From positions 1-39,397 of the forward strand of contig CAMPCZ010000003.1 in the NCBI GenBank assembly GCA_946648015.1: a stretch of DNA of 39,397 nt, read 5' to 3'. The position numbers were made by a program, and so were the translations under genes. Position 1 is the first letter of the stretch. Every line of letters starts with the position of its first letter. This document shows, in pieces, positions 38,021-39,397 of this stretch. The notes below the pieces were generated by a model. That model was given only the letters and a program-made list of their open reading frames with translations. It did not search any database and had not been told where the DNA came from. This stretch comes from an uncultured Clostridia bacterium. Lineage in GTDB: Bacteria; Bacillota; Clostridia; Christensenellales; CAG-1252.

Positions 38021-38620
38021 ATGAAATCGGATATTGTTCACGTTACAAACGGCGGCGTCGGTGTCCAAGACGCCTTTGCGCAGACCGAAAAAGTGGCCGA
38101 ATATAGGGGTTTAGACAAAAAAAGCACCCTGCATTTGCGCCTTTTTGCGGAAGAAATGATGGGTATGATGCAGGCTATCACCGGCGAGCATGAGGCCGAC
38201 TTTTGGTTGGAATCCGACGGGAGCGAAGTCTCCTTGCATCTAAGGGCCGAAACCATGATGAATACCGAGTTGCGCAAGAATTTGCTGGCTGCCTCCACCT
38301 CGGGCAAAAATGCCGCTGCCAAGGGCGTGATGGGCAAGATCAAGGATATTTTCGAGCGCTTTTTGGAGCCTGTGGACAACAGACCGTTGCCTGCGTCCGT
38401 CTACGTGGCCGGCACCACCTATATGGGCACGGATATGTTTGCCACTACAGGCATGTGTTTGTGGTCGCTCAATCAATATAAAGCTTCAATCCACGAGGAA
38501 AACGCACCCCAAGAAAGTTGGGACGAACTCGAAAAGTCGATAGTGTCCAAGTTGGCTGACGAAGTGAAGATCGCCATAGCCGACAACACCGTCGAAATGA
38601 TCATTTACAAGAAATTCTAA
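38021..38620 (+). CDS. Hypothetical protein with degenerate RsbW/HATPase_c-like termini
   Basis: GAGGAG RBS before the ATG at 38021; GLDKKSTLHLRLFAEEMMG and IVSKLADEV...NTVEMIIYKKF resemble RsbW ends; lies between the PP2C and STAS genes. Confidence 0.7.
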   Translation: MKSDIVHVTNGGVGVQDAFAQTEKVAEYRGLDKKSTLHLRLFAEEMMGMMQAITGEHEADFWLESDGSEVSLHLRAETMMNTELRKNLLAASTSGKNAAAKGVMGKIKDIFERFLEPVDNRPLPASVYVAGTTYMGTDMFATTGMCLWSLNQYKASIHEENAPQESWDELEKSIVSKLADEVKIAIADNTVEMIIYKKF

Positions 38621-38630
38621 GGAGGCGAAT

Positions 38631-38927
38631 ATGACTATCAATCAATCCCTGAATGGCACCGAACTTACCATTGCTTTGGCGGGCAGACTGGATACGACCA
38701 CATCGCCCGAGTTGGAGACCGCACTGCGCACTTCGCTCGAAGGCGTCACGTCCCTCATCTTTGATATGAAAGAGCTCGAATACATCTCTTCGGCAGGATT
38801 GCGCGTGTTGTTGAGCGCCCAAAAGACGATGAATCGCCAAGGCAAAATGAAGGTCGTCAACGTATGCGAGTTGGTCAACGAAGTGTTTGAGATCACGGGT
38901 TTCACCGACATTTTGACCATTGAATAA
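38631..38927 (+). CDS. STAS-domain anti-sigma factor antagonist (second copy)
   Basis: GRLDT, DMKELEYISSAGLRVLL, VNEVFEITGF; AAGGAGG RBS. Confidence 0.93.
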   Translation: MTINQSLNGTELTIALAGRLDTTTSPELETALRTSLEGVTSLIFDMKELEYISSAGLRVLLSAQKTMNRQGKMKVVNVCELVNEVFEITGFTDILTIE

Positions 38928-38946
38928 TATTTTATAAAACCCATTT

Positions 38947-38973
38947 GCTTCCCGCATGGGAAGCTTTTTGTTT
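38947..38973 (+). terminator. Intrinsic terminator after the second STAS gene
   Basis: GCTTCCC-GCAT-GGGAAGC-TTTTTGTTT. Confidence 0.75.
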
Positions 38974-38995
38974 GATAAACGACGACAAGGCCAAG

Positions 38996-39397
38996 ATGAG
39001 TACCGAAGAACAAAAACAAGACGTCATAGAGGATAATGGCGCAGGCGAGGCCGCACCGGTCGACGCGGACGCGTCTATATTGCCGATCGCCCCGGCGACA
39101 GATATGCAGTCGGGCCCAAGCGCCGCCGACGCCGCGGTAGCCGAGGCGGGGCTTTCCTCTTCGACAGAGACGACGGTCGAGCCTGTGTCCGATTTGGCTG
39201 CCGATACGGTGGTAGGCGTCGCCGATACTTCGGCTCTATGCACCGACCAAATCGAGTCTGCCGACGTGCCTTGTACCAAAACTGTCGACGTCGTGTCGCA
39301 AAAGCGCAAAAAGCTACGTTTGCACGAGATAACTGCCGAGCACGATATCCGTTTTCGCGGGCCGTTGTCCTATCGCCATTTGCGTATGTTCGCCTGG
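38996..39397 (+). CDS. Partial hypothetical protein running off the window end
   Basis: Open frame from ATG 38996: acidic Ala/Asp-rich low-complexity N-terminus, then KRKKLRLHEITAEHDIRFRGPLSYRHLRMFAW; no stop in the window. Confidence 0.6.
   Translation, partial: MSTEEQKQDVIEDNGAGEAAPVDADASILPIAPATDMQSGPSAADAAVAEAGLSSSTETTVEPVSDLAADTVVGVADTSALCTDQIESADVPCTKTVDVVSQKRKKLRLHEITAEHDIRFRGPLSYRHLRMFAW

Noticed and set aside
1-39397. CRISPR arrays, tRNA/rRNA genes, transposases, integrases or phage genes
   Set aside because: No regularly spaced repeats, RNA gene signatures or mobile-element protein motifs seen; intergenic spaces are short and mostly explained by promoters and terminators

Overview
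Gene-dense, GC-rich window, probably from an anaerobic Firmicute (Clostridia-like, inferred from sigmaA extended -10 promoters, strong AGGAG RBSs, rubrerythrin, and DUF3737-PatB, DUF1015 and DUF2130 genes). The main feature is a cluster at 108-12140: a two-module NRPS with a terminal reductase (C-A-T-C-A-T-R), a MATE exporter fused to an RsbW-like kinase domain, a STAS anti-anti-sigma protein, a membrane HAMP-PP2C phosphatase with its own RsbW-like domain, and an Sfp-type PPTase. A LytTR/GHKL two-component pair follows. A second, paralogous partner-switching set (sensor PP2C-kinase, degenerate RsbW-like protein, STAS) lies at 35820-38927. No sigma factor is encoded in the window. Between the two sets are an SGNH-membrane fusion, a GT4 glycosyltransferase, an HSL esterase, a sugar acetyltransferase, MmcQ/YjbR, TMEM175, a cupin, a ManA-PfkB-GH38 mannoside operon, rubrerythrin, murI, an EF-G paralogue with degenerate GTPase motifs and a lipoprotein. 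I found no rRNA, tRNA, CRISPR array or mobile element. All calls come from reading motifs by eye, not from database searches.
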